Below are positions 51,401 through 64,000 of a stretch of 64,000 bases of DNA, piece by piece. The position numbers and the translations under genes were made by a program. This DNA comes from Somniosus microcephalus (taxonomy: Eukaryota), in assembly GCA_052327205.1 (NCBI GenBank), contig CM126205.1, positions 301,258,001 through 301,322,000 on the forward strand, given 5' to 3'. How positions within the stretch are numbered: position 1 is the first letter of the stretch; each line of letters begins with the position of its first letter. A model generated the notes under the pieces. It searched no databases and was not told the DNA's origin. It was given only the letters and a program-made list of their open reading frames with translations.

Positions 51401-52264
51401 GGGGATTCTGCCGAAATGTAAACCAAGTCTCTGGACTTTCAAAGCAAAAATCTCCTCCAGTCCTGTCCGGGGGAACTTCAGTGTTCACTGCCAGAGTTTA
51501 TCCAGTGCCAAGGCCAGAAGTCAATCAGCTGTCTTTTAATACAGAACTTTTCTAAATCATTTTTTTTCCTGCTGCAACATAACATGATAAAAAGAATACC
51601 CGGGATGGGCATAAAATGGTGAAAATGGAGTCAAGCACTTAAGAGCCTTAGTCACACACCAGGTCCAAGTGATTCTAATGCTGCTTTCAGGAGCTGCTTC
51701 TTTTCACTTATAGATAGAATAAATTTGGTCTGCGTGTAACTCTTTAAAATGAATTTTCCCTTTGATGCATACTGTAAACTCATTCGTTTTTTGGGAGAGT
51801 GGTGGGGGGGAGAAAGATCGTATTGTATGAAGGCTGCATTCCTGGGAAAGACTAGTTTACTTCAGTGAGTAGGACTGGGCTTTCAAATGATAAATTGTGC
51901 AAGAGTCGGTAAGTGCAATGGCAAACTGTGGGTGTAATCCCATGAGTAGAGAGCAGACTGGTTCTCCCTTGAGCATAATTACAATAGGATGGCTTTCAGT
52001 TACTTTTTAAAGAAGGACTCTTATCATCAGCCCCTCGTTTAAAAATCAAATGATTAAAGAGGCTAATGATTCACTTGAAAACAATTTTTTTCAGGCTAAC
52101 TCTGTTGATGTATTTTGCATTATTTTTTGTTTAAATGGTGGACCGATGACCTAATCGGGGAAACTCTCTCAGAGAAGTTTATTGAGTCTAACAGTATGAA
52201 GGACTTGATTTAACATCAGCAAAGGTACAGTCATCAAATGGTATTTCAGCAATGTTGTAAAATA

Positions 52265-52565
52265 AGAAAGACTTGCATTTATATAGCGCTTTTCATGACC
52301 ACCGGATGTCCCAAAGCGCTTTACAGCCAATGAAGTGCTTTTTGAAGTGTAGTTACTGTTGTAATGTAGGAAACGCGGCAGCCAATTTGCGCACAGCAAG
52401 TTCCCACAAACAGCAATGGTGATAATGACCAGATAATTTGTTTTAGTGATGTTGATTGAGGGGTAACTATTGGCCAGGACACCAGGGATAACTCCCCTGC
52501 TCTTCTTCAAAATAGTGCCATGGGATCTTTTACAGCCACCTGAGAGCAGACAGGGCCTGGGTTTA
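52265..52565 (-). mobile_element. DeuSINE (SacSINE1-like), 5'-truncated
   Basis: Reverse complement of the element type at 21575-21905. Confidence 0.88.
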
Positions 52566-52599
52566 ATTTACATATATCTTTGCAAGTATTAAGCAGCCA

Positions 52600-52950
52600 T
52601 TCTCAATGGCTCAACAAGTCTACCCAGTTAATAGCTGAGCCATAAAGATCAGGAAGGTCCCATGTTTGATCAGTGCTGATTTAAAAAATTTCGGCCAGGG
52701 TGGCAGTAGGGGCTGTTGTAATTGAGAACGGGAAATTGGCCAGAGTTCGTACTATCCAGCATCCCCTGCATGAAGTGGGCATGTGTAGTCATCAGGTGCG
52801 GGCAGGATTTGGGTTGGCTGTAATGCTTCTTATGATCAAATGGCCCCTGACACTGTCAAGACACAGATAGGAATAATGGCCACTTCAGGGAGGCACTGGA
52901 GGGCCTGTGTGGAACTGTTCCCAGCAAGGAATCAACACCTTTAGAAGAGC
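52600..52950 (+). mobile_element. AmnSINE2-like SINE
   Basis: CTGAGCCATAAAGATCAGGAAGGTCCCATGTTTGATC head; AATGGCCACTT..CCCAGCAAGGAATCAACACCTT 3' end. Confidence 0.7.
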
Positions 52951-53259
52951 AGAAACATTGTTGGAGAATACTGGTGAGAAAAGAGGATTAAAACAACAAA
53001 ACAAGCACGCTGAAGTTAACTTAAAAAAAAAGCTTATTATTGATTTTTTAATGATACTGATTCTTTTAATGATTATTATTGAAATATTTGTAAAGTATGT
53101 ATGCCAGATTTTAAAAGTAATGGTAAAAAGACGGTAAGAGTAAAATTAGAAAATAATTTGGTGTTGCATGACCTTTTGCTTTCATATGTGTGTCATTAAT
53201 CACGTTTATTTTGAGTCATTCACTTCTAAAAGAAATACTGATGGTGATGCTTCCATTCA

Positions 53260-53965
53260 TAGGAACTCACAAAAGTACAACACAGGAAAAGACTGCACTT
53301 CATCTGACTAGTCCCAAAAAACAAATGCTTCTTAACCACCCACTCCCTCAAATATCTATCCAATTCTCCCTTAAATATTCCCACACTATCTTCCACAATC
53401 CATTCCACATGTTCAATGCTCATTGTGTAAAGTAATTCAATCTAAACTATCTGTGCACCTTCCCTCTTCTAAACTTGAGTGCACTTTTTCTGGTTCTAGC
53501 GTTTGTGGCAATCTCAAACATAATATTAAGGTTCAAATTAATTATCCTTTTAAGAATCTTGAATACTTGAATAATATCTCCTCTGAGCCTTCTGTTCTTC
53601 AGAATAAGAAGTCCCAGGGCCTTCCACTTCTCCTTATAACTCAGATGTCATAGCTGGGCAACAATTTGGTTGTCCTTTTCACCATTGCCTCCAATTCCTG
53701 GATAGCACACAGTAACCAGAATTGTACACAATACTCTAGGTGAGGCCGTACCAGTACAGATTCATTGTCTCCTCCTGGGATATATGTTCTATCTCTCTGG
53801 ATATATTGGTTAGGTTTAATTACTGCTCCCGCACAGTGGACTGTTGGTTTCAGTGAGCTATTGCCCAGTTTCCTCAGATCCCTTTCCAATATGGTGTCCT
53901 GTGGCATTGAGCGATGCAGTTTACATTGCCACTTTTTAAATTTATCTTGCATCTGTCCACTTATC
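53260..53965 (-). mobile_element. Old CR1 LINE 3' fragment
   Basis: LVRPHLEYCVQFW motif; otherwise heavily degraded. Confidence 0.75.
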
Positions 53966-54194
53966 AGCTCATCTTCCTAACGTATTGAGGCTCTCTCTTT
54001 CAGTCTGTGTTAGGTTTTAGAATGGTATGACTTTGCGCATCATGCGGTTTGTGACTGGGATAAACACCTTCAACAGATCTTTCTACCTAAATCCCAGGGA
54101 GCCAGCGGTAAACTTGAGGTAGGGAGCCAGTTTGGAATCCAGCTAAAACATCTGTTGACTGCAGCAGCCTCAGCAAGTTTGGGCATAAATCAAA

Positions 54195-54724
54195 GGCGAG
54201 TGTCTCACCTCCTGACTCCCCAAAGGTTTTCCACCATCTACAAGGCATGAGTAAGGAGTGTGATGGAATCCTCTCCACTTGCCTGGATGAGTGCAGCTCC
54301 AACAACACTCAAGAAGCTCGACACCATCCAGAACAAAGCAGCCCGCTTGATTGGCACCCCATCCAGTACCGTGGCTGCAGTGTGTATCCTCTACAAGATG
54401 CACTGCAGCAACTCACCAAGGCTTCGGCAGCATGTTCCAAACCCACGACAAGGGCAGCAGGCGCATGGGAACACCACCACCTCCAAGTACCCCTCCAAGT
54501 CACACACCATCCTGACTTAGAAGTATATCGCCGATCCTTCATCGTCGCTGGGTCAAAATCCTGGAACTCCCTACCTAACAGCACTGTGGGAGTACCTTCA
54601 CCACACGGACTGCAGCGGTTCAAGAAGGCGGCTCACCGCCACCTTCTCAAGGGCAACTAGGGATGGGCAATAAATGCTGGCCTTGCCAGCGACGCCCAGA
54701 TCCCATGAACGAATAAATAAAAAA
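54195..54724 (+). mobile_element. Non-LTR retrotransposon 3' end, copy 2 (same family as 35172-35720)
   Basis: SPLAWMSAAPTTLKKLDTIQ and KSWNSLPNSTVG motifs, small deletions, A-rich tail. Confidence 0.9.
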
Positions 54725-55784
54725 GTAAAGCGTGATCCCTTACGGGTGAAGCCACTATCTACTTCCGGTGATGAGTTCTGATCGAAATAAAATCAATGAC
54801 TAGTCCTAATTGGGATTATTCCATGCTGTAAAATCAACTTAGGCCAAGCTGAAGGAATTTTGCTTTGCGTGGGCTATCCCTTTAAGAAGCCTGTATTATC
54901 CTGCACCAGTTTTCTGGCGATTGCCTATTTTACATACATGCAGCAGATTATTGTAAACAGTGTAATACAATCCGTTAGGCACTTCGCTGTATTTGCAACA
55001 AATTCACCAAAACAATCTGTGCGGATATGTTGAAAATGCGTGCTCTCCAGATCAGCAGCTGGAGGGGATAATGTAAGAGAGTTCTTTTTACAAAAAATAT
55101 TAACATAGATTTGACTCAGTATCACAAAAATAAATTATTGCTGTCACTGAAAGCAAAGTATGTTAGCAGCTTCACATTTTTTCAATCTTAGGGATCCCAG
55201 TTGCGATCAAAAAAACAAACAGAATGCTTATCCCTACTGAAAGCACTGGCGTTGCATTTAAAAGCTGTTCTTGGGCCGATCTGGGTCAACATAAGATTGG
55301 AGCCAGTTCATTCAGACAGGAAGGGGTCATGAGGCAGGCAGAGGTCTACAAAATAGAGGTGAGGAACAGTAGCATTTGGGAAGCTCTTTGTTGATCTCTC
55401 TCCGTGTCACTCAGTTTTTGAAGGCAAATCTACAGCAAGTTAATTAGTCCCAGCTTCTTAGCAACAGTTTCCCACTCCCTCAAACCTCCCAAGATGATGT
55501 GGGCAGCTGTAATTTATGTGAGATTAGATATTTCAGTGAATATTTGCTTGAATGCAGAACTGGTTAATTCAAGAGACAAATGTTTTATGACCTTGCCTCT
55601 TTTTATGCCTCAGATCTAAATAAATATATATAAAAATCAAAAACTTACTTGCTATTGTCATTTTGTAAAGACTTGTAAATAAATAAAGCCCGTAGCAATA
55701 CTATTGCCAAAATGCACAACATTGATTGAATCTATAAAAATGCACCCCCCTTCCAGCTCCCACCACCACACGTTTATCCCCTTC

Positions 55785-56170
55785 TCTCCCTTGCTTTCCT
55801 GAAGGAGTTCACTCATGCTGGATACAGTTCTATGAACATCAGCAGCACTCTGGTACCACACACAAGTGGCCGTTCTTCATATATGAGTCTGGACTGTGAG
55901 TCTATTCAGTTGTGGAGAACATCACAGCCAAACCTGCTGGCGTCCTCTCTAGAGACTTTCAGCAAAGGGCACTAGAAAGCAATTAGGATAAGGAAACTTG
56001 TTTAATGTTTTCCTCCCTAGGCCAGGGATACTGAGAAGGCATGTGGCATCCCCACAATGACCCCAGCTAAAGGTCTGCTTACTCGGCACAGAGCAGGGAT
56101 CAAACCTGGGCTCTTCCTGGTCTGTATTACTTTGTGTCATATTGTTGACTTTCCGGCTGCATTGAGGGCA
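55785..56170 (-). mobile_element. AmnSINE2-like SINE
   Basis: ACTCGGCACAGAGCAGGGATCAAACCTGGG (reverse head) and AAGTGGCCGTTCTTCATATATGAGTCTGGAC (reverse body). Confidence 0.7.
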
Positions 56171-56414
56171 ACCCAATATTCCAAAGAGGGCCTCAAAAAG
56201 GTGTTAGGCACCTTATTTACATATGCAAAAGGCCTAACGTCTGTTTCAGGCCTATTTTTTGTTGTTGCCTATACCAATATGGCGGGTGGTGCACTTCCAG
56301 CTTGTAATGAGCATATGCTTCCTGCCCGCCATATTAGAGGCTTGGGTGCCTGTTTCATGCCCGTAAAACAGGCGCAGTGTCATTGAATTTCTAGGCCCCA
56401 ATCTTTGATGAGCC

Positions 56415-57228
56415 ACAGTTTCCTCCAGTTAAATATTGGGAAGTCCAAAGTTATTGTCTTTGGCACTCGCCACAAACTCCATACACTTGCCACTAATTCC
56501 AACACCTGGCCACCGTCTCAGGTTGAAGAGCACTGTTTGCAACCTTGACATCCTATTTGGTCCCCAGCTAAGTGTCCAACCCCATATCCTTTCCATCACA
56601 AAGACTGCCTTCTTCCACCTCCTTAGCATCATCTGCTACTGCCCCAGCCTCTGTCCATCTGGTTCTGAAACCCATATCTAAGCTTACACCACCTCTATAT
56701 TCCACTATTCCAATGTTTTCCTGGCCGGCCGGCCCTCTTCCACCCTCCAAAACTCCGCTGCCCATATCCTATCCTGCACCAAGTCCCGCTTACCCATCAC
56801 CCCTATCCGTGCTGATATACATTAGCTCCTGGCCCCCCAAAACCTCAAATTTAAAATTCTCACCCTTGTGTTTGAATCCCTTCATGGCCTCCTATCTCCA
56901 TGTCTCTGTAACCTCCACTAGTCTTACAGTCCCCAGAATGCTCTGCTCCTCTGACTCCAAGCTCTTGTGCATACCCCCTTCCCTTCAACCCACTATTGGT
57001 GACTGTGGCTTCAGCTCTCCAGACCTTAAACCTCTTCACCTTCTCACCTTCCTCTCCTCCTTTAAGACCCTCCTTAAAACTCACCTCTTTGCTCAAGCTC
57101 AAGCTTTTGGTCACCCCTTCTAGTATCTCTTTTTTTGGCTTGGCATCCATTTTGTCTAATTACTTCTGTAAAGCAGCTTGGGAAATTTTTCTACTTTAAA
57201 GGTGCTATATAAACGTGAGTTGTTTATT
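56415..57228 (+). mobile_element. Old L2 LINE 3' fragment
   Basis: NLDILF..PHILSITKTAFFHL and SSFKTLLKTHLF motifs; tail AAAGGTGCTATATAAA. Confidence 0.88.
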
Positions 57229-58789
57229 TTAACAGCAGCATTAAACTGTTTATTTGAAATAAGTTAACATTTTTGTTAAAATAATATAACGGAATTTCAT
57301 ACAAACATGTTAAGGGTTCACATACTAATATTCACACTGCATAATTTTAAGGCCCATGTGATGTATTTATTGACTGAACTGTGGAGGAGGGAAGAGAGCA
57401 GAAATGGACTTTTAATGACTTTGTTCCGGGATTATGGATTTTATTTGCAAAGAGACATGTTTATATTAAAACACCAGAACATCACTGTATCTGAAGCTCA
57501 GAAAGTTCAGATCTTGGTAATCTGACCAACATAACTGCTGGTAGAGACATTCATCTAGCTTGACAATATAAGTGAATCCAGATTAAAATGCTTTGCTCTG
57601 CTTCAGCAGCATACCTGAACTCTGCTAAACGTAACCCAGGATGATCTCAGATTGTGAGGCAACTTGTAGTTTGAATATAGTTCACAACAATCTTCACAAC
57701 ACCTTCCCCTGAAACCAAAAAGTGACAAGAGCATTTTATCTGATAATGCAGATAGCCAATCTCATGCAGTGCGACGACTTCAGACAAACTCTAAGCTCCA
57801 GTCCCTGTGGTGAAAGACTGGAGCATCTACAGGAGAAATACTTTGGAGTCAAGAGGAAACACGAATGGCTCCAAAATGGCTGTAGTTCTCTTTGAAGCCA
57901 AAGGTGGTCCTCGCCTAGCACTAGTAAGAGTACTGTTCACCCCCTGCAGTTCCTATGATGCTATCTTGCATGTCCTACTGTGTGCTACATTATCATTTTA
58001 TAACAGTTGTTGAGGGAGCCTTCTGCTATTTGGGAGTGTAGTCCTGAGATTCTGTCAGCTAATTAGAATGTGAGGAGCTGAGGTACAAGACTCTGAAACT
58101 TCACTATGACATATTCATAAATGGTCTTTTTTAAAAAGTGAACTTGCTCTCTCCATCTCCTCAGTTCAACATTTAAAAAAATCACCTCCATGTTGCATTA
58201 AAACAAAAGGGAGCAGCATCCAGGAGTTACTAAACAACAGAATAGATGGCCTATTACATTCACATACGTGTCTGTGTATCAGAACATACCAATATCATCA
58301 GTCCTGCCAGCACACTTTTTAAAAAAAAATTGGCTATAAATAACATGATGATTTGTAAAACGTTTGCCTCCTCACACTCTGTAGTATCGCGAGTAAATTC
58401 AAGATTTTCTTCAAATTTATTGCTTTTGATTTGGTGACATAATTTTGTCTTTCCAACTTTTTTCACACACAGACTTATAAAGTAAAGAAAACAGTAACAG
58501 CTGGTTTGGCCATCATTGTGTACAAAACTGGCAGTTTTGTAAATTAATCTAGAGTCTCTATCGCCCACAGACACTTAAACTGATCTGAACACAAAAAATG
58601 TATTGGATGGACACAGAGCCCATTGTGATGCTATTCTGTGTATTCGAGCATATCTTGGGCGCAACTTCAAACCCAGGGTTAATGTAAAACGACTTCCATC
58701 TCAACTGCCATTTTTGACCCTTCCCTGCCCCAAATTAACCCCCGCAATACCTTGCTGGCAACAAAGTTCCCCTTTAATTCAGTTCTTTA

Positions 58790-58888
58790 CATCCCCACCT
58801 TACAACAGTGACTACACTTCAAAAGTCCTTCATTGGCTGTAAAGTGCTTTGGAGGTCACGAAAGACGCTATAAGTCTTTCTTTTCCTT
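58790..58888 (+). mobile_element. DeuSINE 3' tail fragment
   Basis: TACAACAGTGACTACACTTCAAAAG..TTCATTGGCTGTAAAGTGCTTTGG matches the tails of the other copies. Confidence 0.75.
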
Positions 58889-60021
58889 TCTCTATTCTGT
58901 AGCTAAAACTTCAAAAATATGGTTTCTTTAAAGTAATACCTTTCCAGTGGAAGTGTTAAATATGAAAAGTAGGTCAGTGAGCAACTTTCACCGGCCCACG
59001 AGGAGTTAAGTTCTTGTAGCTGCATTTTTGTAGAATTTGCCGAATGATTATTTAAATGATGAGATTTCAGGGAAAGTTACAAATCTAATTATAATATTAC
59101 AACATAGGAGATTTATATTAGATAGAAAACTAACTAATGAATCTCTAGTTTGTGAAATTTAAATATTGCTCTAATAAAAAGATTACTGTATTGCCAGATA
59201 TTCGGAGAGCTCATAAATTCACTGCATTTGTGAGGGGAAAAAGGCACTGCTTGCTTGAATTCTTTTAAGTATGAAAAGCTGTGCTTAAAAGAAAAACGTC
59301 AGCATTCACTGCATGACAGTAACTCACATTCAGTCTACTTTTGTTTAAAGGCTATGTGCTATCCCATATTTCTGTTATACAACTCAAAAAGTGTGCTTCT
59401 ATACATCGAAATACATCTGTTAATATTTCAATAAATTTAATAGATTCAAAATCTGAATTCAAACTTTGAATATATAAGCACAGAAACAGCTGACTTCATA
59501 CCATCAAGGACTCAAATATGTACCACCACAGATTGTCTTCTGACTGTCACTGGACTGTTAACAATTCCTTTGTCTATTACCTTTATATCGCCAGAGAGAT
59601 CTGTCCACTTTTAGTCTGCTCAGAGTTGAGTCATACCCACTAATATCTGAAATGGCATGCTATTATTAGGTTACTAGGTATTGGACCCACACTATCACTA
59701 GACTATCAATGACTGTACCAGGAGTAGGATGATGCCATCGCTAAGCTAAAAGACTGCTAGCCCAGCACTCTTCATCTGCTTGTGGATAATCAAGATGCTT
59801 AATAATTGAAATAAGACTGACAAAGTATTGAAGAGAAGTACAAAAAAAAGGTCCTATAAAATTGCAGCTTTTTCAGTGTTGGGAACATTACTGATTTGAT
59901 GCGACAGGTCACTGGGTGAGTCAGTGCGAGTAACGCGTACATGCCAAAAGTCACATTTATCCAATAAAGTGCCTTGTAAGAGAATTTTTATCAGACATTT
60001 GCTTTAAAACATTTCAATTTA

Positions 60022-60310
60022 GGTTCCCTGCTGGCCCAGTGGGTAAACAGATTGTGTGATGTGGTATTGAGGCATGCAGATGAGGGAGGCTCCAGGTTTG
60101 ATCCCTGTTCTATGCTGAGTTGACAGATCTCACTTGCTATGGGGCAGCAATGTGGTTCTCAGTCTCTGGATTAGAGAAGGGTTAATCAGCAGGGTTCCGG
60201 TTCCTGATCACTATCATGTGACCCTTGCTGGAATGTGTGTGTGTTTGGATGCCAGGTGAGAATGGGATTAGCTGTGATCTCTATCATAGTTGAATGGTCT
60301 GCAAATACTT
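60022..60310 (+). mobile_element. AmnSINE2-like SINE, 5' two-thirds
   Basis: TGGCCCAGTGGGTAAA (A-box-like) and GGTTTGATCCC (B-box-like) head plus the family body. Confidence 0.7.
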
Positions 60311-60784
60311 AGAGAAAGTGTTGACCCTTAGCATACCTTGTGCCTGTTACTTCCAACATTAATATACCATTAATGTTAACACACTGCATTAATTAACCTG
60401 GTAAATTGCCTTGGAAAGTAGTTTGATTTACCAATAGTGGGCACATTAAACTGAAGCCAGGATTATTTCACATCCTAAAGATTTGTCTCCAGCCAAACTT
60501 GTTCATTGTCACACAAATCAAACAAAAAAAAGGTAATTTGGCTAAACAAAGTCTATTCTCAAACTGTGTACAATTTGCCATATTCTGCAATTTACCCAAA
60601 CCCAGTCAATATCCTGAGAAAGAGGTAACCTACCACAGGTATCCTCTAAGAAGACAAAACTGTGAAATTTCTCACCAACCCTGAAAGTAATTAAGTAAAA
60701 CTCATAGTACCAACTGTATTCCATGGATAAAATACCCATTCCAGCAAGTTGGGTGCCATTGGGCTCTATAATGTGGTAAATCAA

Positions 60785-61515
60785 ATCGGCAACTGTCTGG
60801 GGCTGAACCAGACTGTTCGCAAACTTGGTGTCATATTTGACCCCGAGATGAGCTTTCGACCACATATCCGTGACATTAATAAGACCGCCTATTTCCACCT
60901 TTGTAACATTGCCCGACTCCGCCCCTGCCTCAGCTCATCCGCTGCTGAAACGGTCATCCTTGTTACCTCTAGACTTGACTATTCCAATGCACTCCTGGCT
61001 GGCCTCCCATCTTCCACCCTCCATAAACTTAAGGTCATCCAAAATTCTGCTGTCTGTATCCTAACTTGCACCAAGTCCCGTTCACCCATCACCCCAGTGC
61101 TCGCTGACCTACATTGGCCCCCAGTTAAGCAAGGCCACGATTTTAAAATTCTAATTTTTGTTTTCAAATCCCTCCATGGCCTCGCCCCCCTCCCTATCTT
61201 TGTAACCCCCTCCAGCCCTACAACTCTCCGAGATATCTGCACTCCTCCTGGCCTCCTCCGCATCCCCGATGTTAATTGCTCCACTGTTGGTGGCTGTGCC
61301 TTCAGCTGCCAAGCCCCTAAACTCTGAAATTCCCTCACTAAACATTGCCGCCTCTTTACCTCTCTTTCCTCCTTTAAGACACTCCTTAATACCTACCTGT
61401 TTGACCATCTGCCCTAATATCTCCTTATGTGGCTTGGTGTCAAATTTTGTTTAATAATGCTCCTGTGAAGCGCCTTATTATGTTAAAGGCGCGATATAAA
61501 TGCAAGTTGTTGTTG
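60785..61515 (+). mobile_element. L2 LINE 3' end
   Basis: LGVIFDPEMSFRPHI..KTAYFHLCNIARLRPCL..TSRLDYSNALLAGLP..HWPPV and a (TTG)n tail. Confidence 0.95.
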
Positions 61516-62002
61516 GTAAATCTATGCCTATTCTTCTATCTTTCAGTCCTCTTCTTAACTGGCTAATTATTCAGCTCCATTTCAAAGGAACCAATTGACA
61601 AAATATTGGATATCCAGTAATCTACCAATAGCAAAATTGTAAACTGATTTTTTTTGTATGTGCTTATGATTTCTCTAGTGACGGCAGAAATCCTCCCTCA
61701 ATATTCCAAATCTGGTTTAGTGCTGAGTCATAAAGGGTTAAAATTATTTGTTTTGATTTAAAATCAAATGCCTTCCAGATACATCCAGTACTTGATTGGC
61801 TTAGTAATTAACAGTTTCACATTGACTGCATACTTTCAGAGAATGGTCAATAATCACACACAAATCCTTTACCTTTATTTGCCTCTGCTAATTCATTACG
61901 CATTCAGGTTACTTTTTGTAAAATTGCTTTGATTAAAACCAGTTTGGGTGGGCCAACCCCTCTCAGAAATTTTATGATATTGCCCCTTTAAGGGGAGATA
62001 CT

Positions 62003-62412
62003 TTTTTAAAATGTATTTGTTCATGGGATCTGGGTGCCGCTGGCAGGGCCAGCAATTATTACCCACCCCTAATTGCCCTTGAGAAGGTGGTGGTCAGCCA
62101 CCTTCTTGAACAGCTGCAGTCCGTGTGGTGAAGGTACTCCCACAGTGCTGTTAGGGAGGGAGTTCCAGGATTTTGACCCAGCGACGATGAAGGATTGGTG
62201 ATATACTTCCAAGTCAGGATGGTGTGTGACTTGGAGGGGAACTTGGAGGTGGTGGTGTTCCCATGCGCCTGCTGCCCTTGTCCTTCTAGGTGGTAGAGGT
62301 CGCGGGTTTGGGAGGTGCTGCCGAAGAAGCCTTGGCGAGTTGCTGCAGTGCATCTTGCAGATGGTACACACTGTAGCCACGGTACGCCGGTGGTGGAGGG
62401 AGTGAATGTTTG
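62003..62412 (-). mobile_element. Non-LTR retrotransposon 3' end, copy 3
   Basis: HSLHHRRTVA..KSWNSLPNSTVGVP..HHLLKGN in an open frame. Confidence 0.9.
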
Positions 62413-62732
62413 CATCCCAGTGGAGTAGGCTTGTCCAGCCCCACAATTAGATTGGCCTACTTAAAATATGACCTATTCATTATTCATTTGATTTATTTAA
62501 AACCTGTTTGGGTGGACCAACCCCTTCCAGAAATGTTAATAATATTGCCCCTTTAAGGAGAAGAATTTTATATATATCCTGGTGGGATTGGGCTTAATCC
62601 TACAGGCCCTCTGATTTGCCTAAAATAGGACCTATTCATTGTGCTCTGTAACCAGCGGGCACCACATGGAAGTTGTGTGTGAAGGTACACTGACCTGACC
62701 ACTTTGATTTGATTTTGCTGTTTTAGTTACTT

Positions 62733-62865
62733 CGGGGGTGAAATTGGTCAGGCTATAGGGCAAAATTGAAGTCAATGTAAAAAATAAATTGGTCTGTGTG
62801 TAAAACGGGCGACGTGTAAAACGGGTTGCTGATTTGCTATCACTCATTTTGCCCTATGGCCCAAG
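62733..62865. mobile_element. Small MITE-like hairpin element
   Basis: GGCTATAGGGCAAAAT (62751-62766) is inverted relative to ATTTTGCCCTATGGCC (62846-62861). Confidence 0.5.
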
Positions 62866-63342
62866 ACTTTAAAGTACTTAAAGTATATTTAAATTGCTTT
62901 TAGTTTGTTTAAAACTTGTTTTGGTGGGCTACTGCTCCCTGGTGTCACTTTCCCCTCTGTTGGGAGACTCTTTTGTTAAATCCTGGTGCAGTTGGGTTTA
63001 TCCCAATCCCACATTTCCCACTGACCTTTCTTAAAATAGGACCTATTCATAGTGTGTTGGATACCTTTTGTGACTGGTGAGCACCACGTGGCCATTTTCT
63101 TTGATTACCCCAGATTTTACCCTTTGAATTGATTTTTATATTTTAATTACTTTTCATTTCCTGAAATGTTAATGGTGTTGCCCCTTTAAGGGGAGGTACT
63201 TGTACCCTGATGGAGTTGGACTGTTCTGATCCCATGGTTCCACCAGCCTATCTCAAGACAGGACCTTTTCACTCTGTGCACATGTTGTATTTCTGTTTCG
63301 CTATCCATTATCTTCTACTACATTTTATCTCCAACCTGTGCT

Positions 63343-63662
63343 CAACAACAATGTGCATTTATATAGCGCCTTTAAGGTAGTAAAATGTCCCAAGGTGCTT
63401 CACAGGAGCGTTATCAGAAAAAAAAATTGACACTGCACCATTTAAGGATATATTAGGACAGGGCTTGGTCAAAGAGGTAGGTTTTAAGGAGCGTCTTAAA
63501 GGAGGAGAGAGAGGTAGAGAGGTGGAGAGGTTTTAGGAGGGCATTCCGGAGATTAGGGCCTAAGTAGCTGGGGATAGGAAAACGGGAATGCAAATGGCCA
63601 GAATTGGAGGAACGCAGAGATCTTGGAGGGCTGTAGGGCTGGGCGAGGTTACAGAGATAGGC
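63343..63662 (-). mobile_element. L2 LINE 3' end
   Basis: Reverse complement of the L2 3' end seen at ~23800-24150, with a (CAA)n tail. Confidence 0.92.
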
Positions 63663-64000
63663 TCACTATAGCTAGATGAGATAGGGCTAAGTACTGTTAT
63701 AACTCTGATTTTTCTGACTCACACTTGCAGCTAGCAAGGCTCTATGTCAGCAGTGGAGCCTCACACATAGACCCTTTACATATCTTTTGAATTCATGTTT
63801 GGAGCTAAGTAAGACATTCTGAGCATTATCAGCACAGTGATGCTTTGGATATAAGTGCTGTAAATACTGAGCAGAGGTCAGTTGCTTCTGCAACAGTTGG
63901 AGGAGAAGCCACCCCAGGCAACTCTTCAGCAAGCAGCCACTGGTTATTGTGGCAGTGGCAGAGGCCTGGCAGCACAGTGCCAGCTTAGCTTCTTCACTTA

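Larger units (their letters stand above)
61915..63285. repeat. Degenerate long-unit local repeat (about 4 units), interrupted by a LINE and a MITE-like element
   Basis: Recurring TTTGGGTGG, TTGCCCCTTTAAGG (~61980, ~62546, ~63178) and AAAATAGGACCTATTCAT-like (~62463, ~62622, ~63033) blocks. Confidence 0.7.

Noticed and set aside
60022-60110. tRNA gene (A/B-box-like motifs)
   Set aside because: No cloverleaf; it continues into the SINE body, so it is a SINE head.
60749-61327. 192-aa ORF as a host gene
   Set aside because: It is the L2 ORF2 C-terminus within a truncated repeat.

Overview
Vertebrate genomic DNA, most likely a cartilaginous fish (shark), judged from its DeuSINE, CR1, L2 and Penelope-type repeats. 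The window holds the 5' end of ZEB2 on the minus strand. A non-coding exon 1 (~49552-50015) is followed by a 2.2-kb 5'-UTR intron (47349-49551) and exon 2 (47201-47348), which encodes [24 protein letters not shown]. Positions 1-47200 are part of the very large intron 2; I found no exon 3. Positions ~50.0-64 kb are upstream flank. About 16 kb around the promoter is CpG-rich and has no recognisable transposon, while the flanks hold LINE/SINE/MITE fragments, minisatellites and assembly gaps. Most notable: a uORF-rich leader with one uORF that crosses the intron-1 junction in frame with ZEB2; antisense-strand splice and TATA signals where a ZEB2 antisense RNA would be expected; a Penelope-type hammerhead ribozyme motif in intron 2; a 34-bp two-variant minisatellite; and several candidate enhancers. 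Comparisons to human ZEB2 and repeat consensus sequences are from recall, not alignment. The ORF track shows no other credible host protein-coding gene.
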